From Dictyostelium discoideum (lineage: Eukaryota): DNA of 64,000 nt. A program made the position numbers and the translations under genes. This document shows positions 63,109-64,000 of this stretch, in pieces. The stretch covers positions 6,464,001 through 6,528,000 of the forward strand of contig CM000151.3 in NCBI GenBank assembly GCA_000004695.1, written 5' to 3'. Position 1 is the stretch's first letter, and each line of letters starts with the position of its first letter. Under the pieces are notes generated by a model. The model had not been told where the DNA came from. It searched no databases and saw nothing but the letters and a program-made list of their open reading frames with translations.

Positions 63109-63977
63109 CTAAACACAAACCTTTGAATTAAAAACTTTACACATTAATAATGATAATTTTGAAAAAAATAAAGTTGATGATGAATAAACTGAACTAATAT
63201 CCATAAAAATTTGAATTAAATTATCAGAAAATATTTTAGCAACTTTAAAAACACATTGTTGAATAATAAACCTAATAATAATAAAAAAAAAAATAAAAAA
63301 ATAATAATAATTAAATTAGTATTAATATTATTATTATTATTATTATTATTATTTTAAATAAAAAATATTTAAATTAAAATTATAATAAATACTTTAAAAT
63401 CATATTATTATCTAATTCTTTAATATCTTCTGGAACAGTTGGATATAATTTAATTTCACCATATAAATTATCAGGTGTGATTAATGGAATGTCTTAATGT
63501 TCTTCCTTCTAAAAATATTTTATTTGATTTTTGAGGTAATTTGCCACTATCATAGATATAATTGAAATCACTTGTAACTTTCCCATCTTTATATTCACAT
63601 AAAACCAAACAATTATTAGTACCATTAAAAACTTGAGAAATTATAATTTGATCTAAATGTGGAAAATACTTTAAAAAGTATTGAACAATATTGGAAAATA
63701 GTTGGTCATTATTCATTGAAAACATATTATACGGTTCTGAAGAGTCCATACTAATTGATAACTCTTCTAAACTATTGAATGATTTTGTTGTTTTATTTGA
63801 ATTACTACTACTATTCATACTATTGAAACTTGAATCAAGTAGATTATTACCAATTAAACTTTTTTTATCTTTTACATTATATAATGGATTTTGTTTTTGA
63901 ATCTGTAGTTGGTGTTGGTCATTTGGTTGTTCACCAGATTCATCATCACCACCCAAATAATTATCAAATTTTTCCAT
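59775..63977 (-). CDS. hybrid sensor histidine kinase (Dictyostelium dhk-type): N-terminal sensor and PAS-like region, HisKA, HATPase_c, Q/S-rich linker and C-terminal receiver domain. At least four exons: ~63393-63977, 63121-63271, 62909-63036 and 59775-62757
   Basis: HisKA H-box: FLATISHEIRTPLNGI. ATPase N, G1 and G2 boxes: MGTNAVKYT, DDSGIGI, GGSGLGLAISSKLAKLMGG. Receiver: ILLVDDNAVNRKVVKLQLKKLGYDCDTATNGFEGFEM...LIFMDLNMPLCDGSMASKLIR. The upstream exons encode FIIQQCVFKVAKIF...CKVFNSK and CAGISVLNKDGLFDTIAFCSSTQELENFSYSLKKISKNITYY, joined by GT...AG in consistent phase. The 5'-most exon shows an apparent +1 frameshift near 63495-63500. Confidence 0.8.
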
Positions 63978-64000
63978 TTTTTGAAAATCTGATTTATTAA

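Overview
The window is an AT-rich (~75-80% A+T) social-amoeba-type nuclear segment, with strong Dictyostelium discoideum hallmarks. Coding tracts are interrupted by in-frame (AAT)n/(CAA)n tracts giving poly-Asn/poly-Gln. Introns are short and AT-rich (GTAAGT...AG). Two tRNA genes each have a downstream ex-B box. A tRNA-targeted non-LTR retrotransposon sits about 80 bp downstream of one of them. Gene density is high outside one accessory cluster. I resolved about 20 protein-coding genes, several with introns inferred by hand: a thioredoxin-UBA-ZZ-UBX protein, an H-type lectin protein, a secreted NlpC/P60-like hydrolase, a giant UBR-box E3 ligase, an ATAD1/Msp1-like AAA ATPase, a PIG-G/GPI7-like GPI ethanolamine-phosphate transferase, PFK-2/FBPase-2, a GAR+Pumilio-repeat protein, a GCN2-like eIF2-alpha kinase, an HtrA-like protease with Cys at the nucleophile position, a TMEM184-like membrane protein, an IGR-domain protein and a hybrid histidine kinase. 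Non-coding content includes a U1 snRNA gene, a tRNA-Leu(CAA) gene and a type-II tRNA-Ser-like gene. The accessory cluster spans about 8.2-19.5 kb and holds a TIR-bounded MITE-like element, repeat debris, a twin TRE3-like retrotransposon insertion bounded by one 11-bp target-site duplication, tandem partial copies of the tRNA-Leu 5' half, and a decayed Rab GTPase pseudogene. No CRISPR array or prokaryotic operon structure is present. All coordinates come from manual reading and translation; splice junctions are inferred and exon ends may be off by a few nt.
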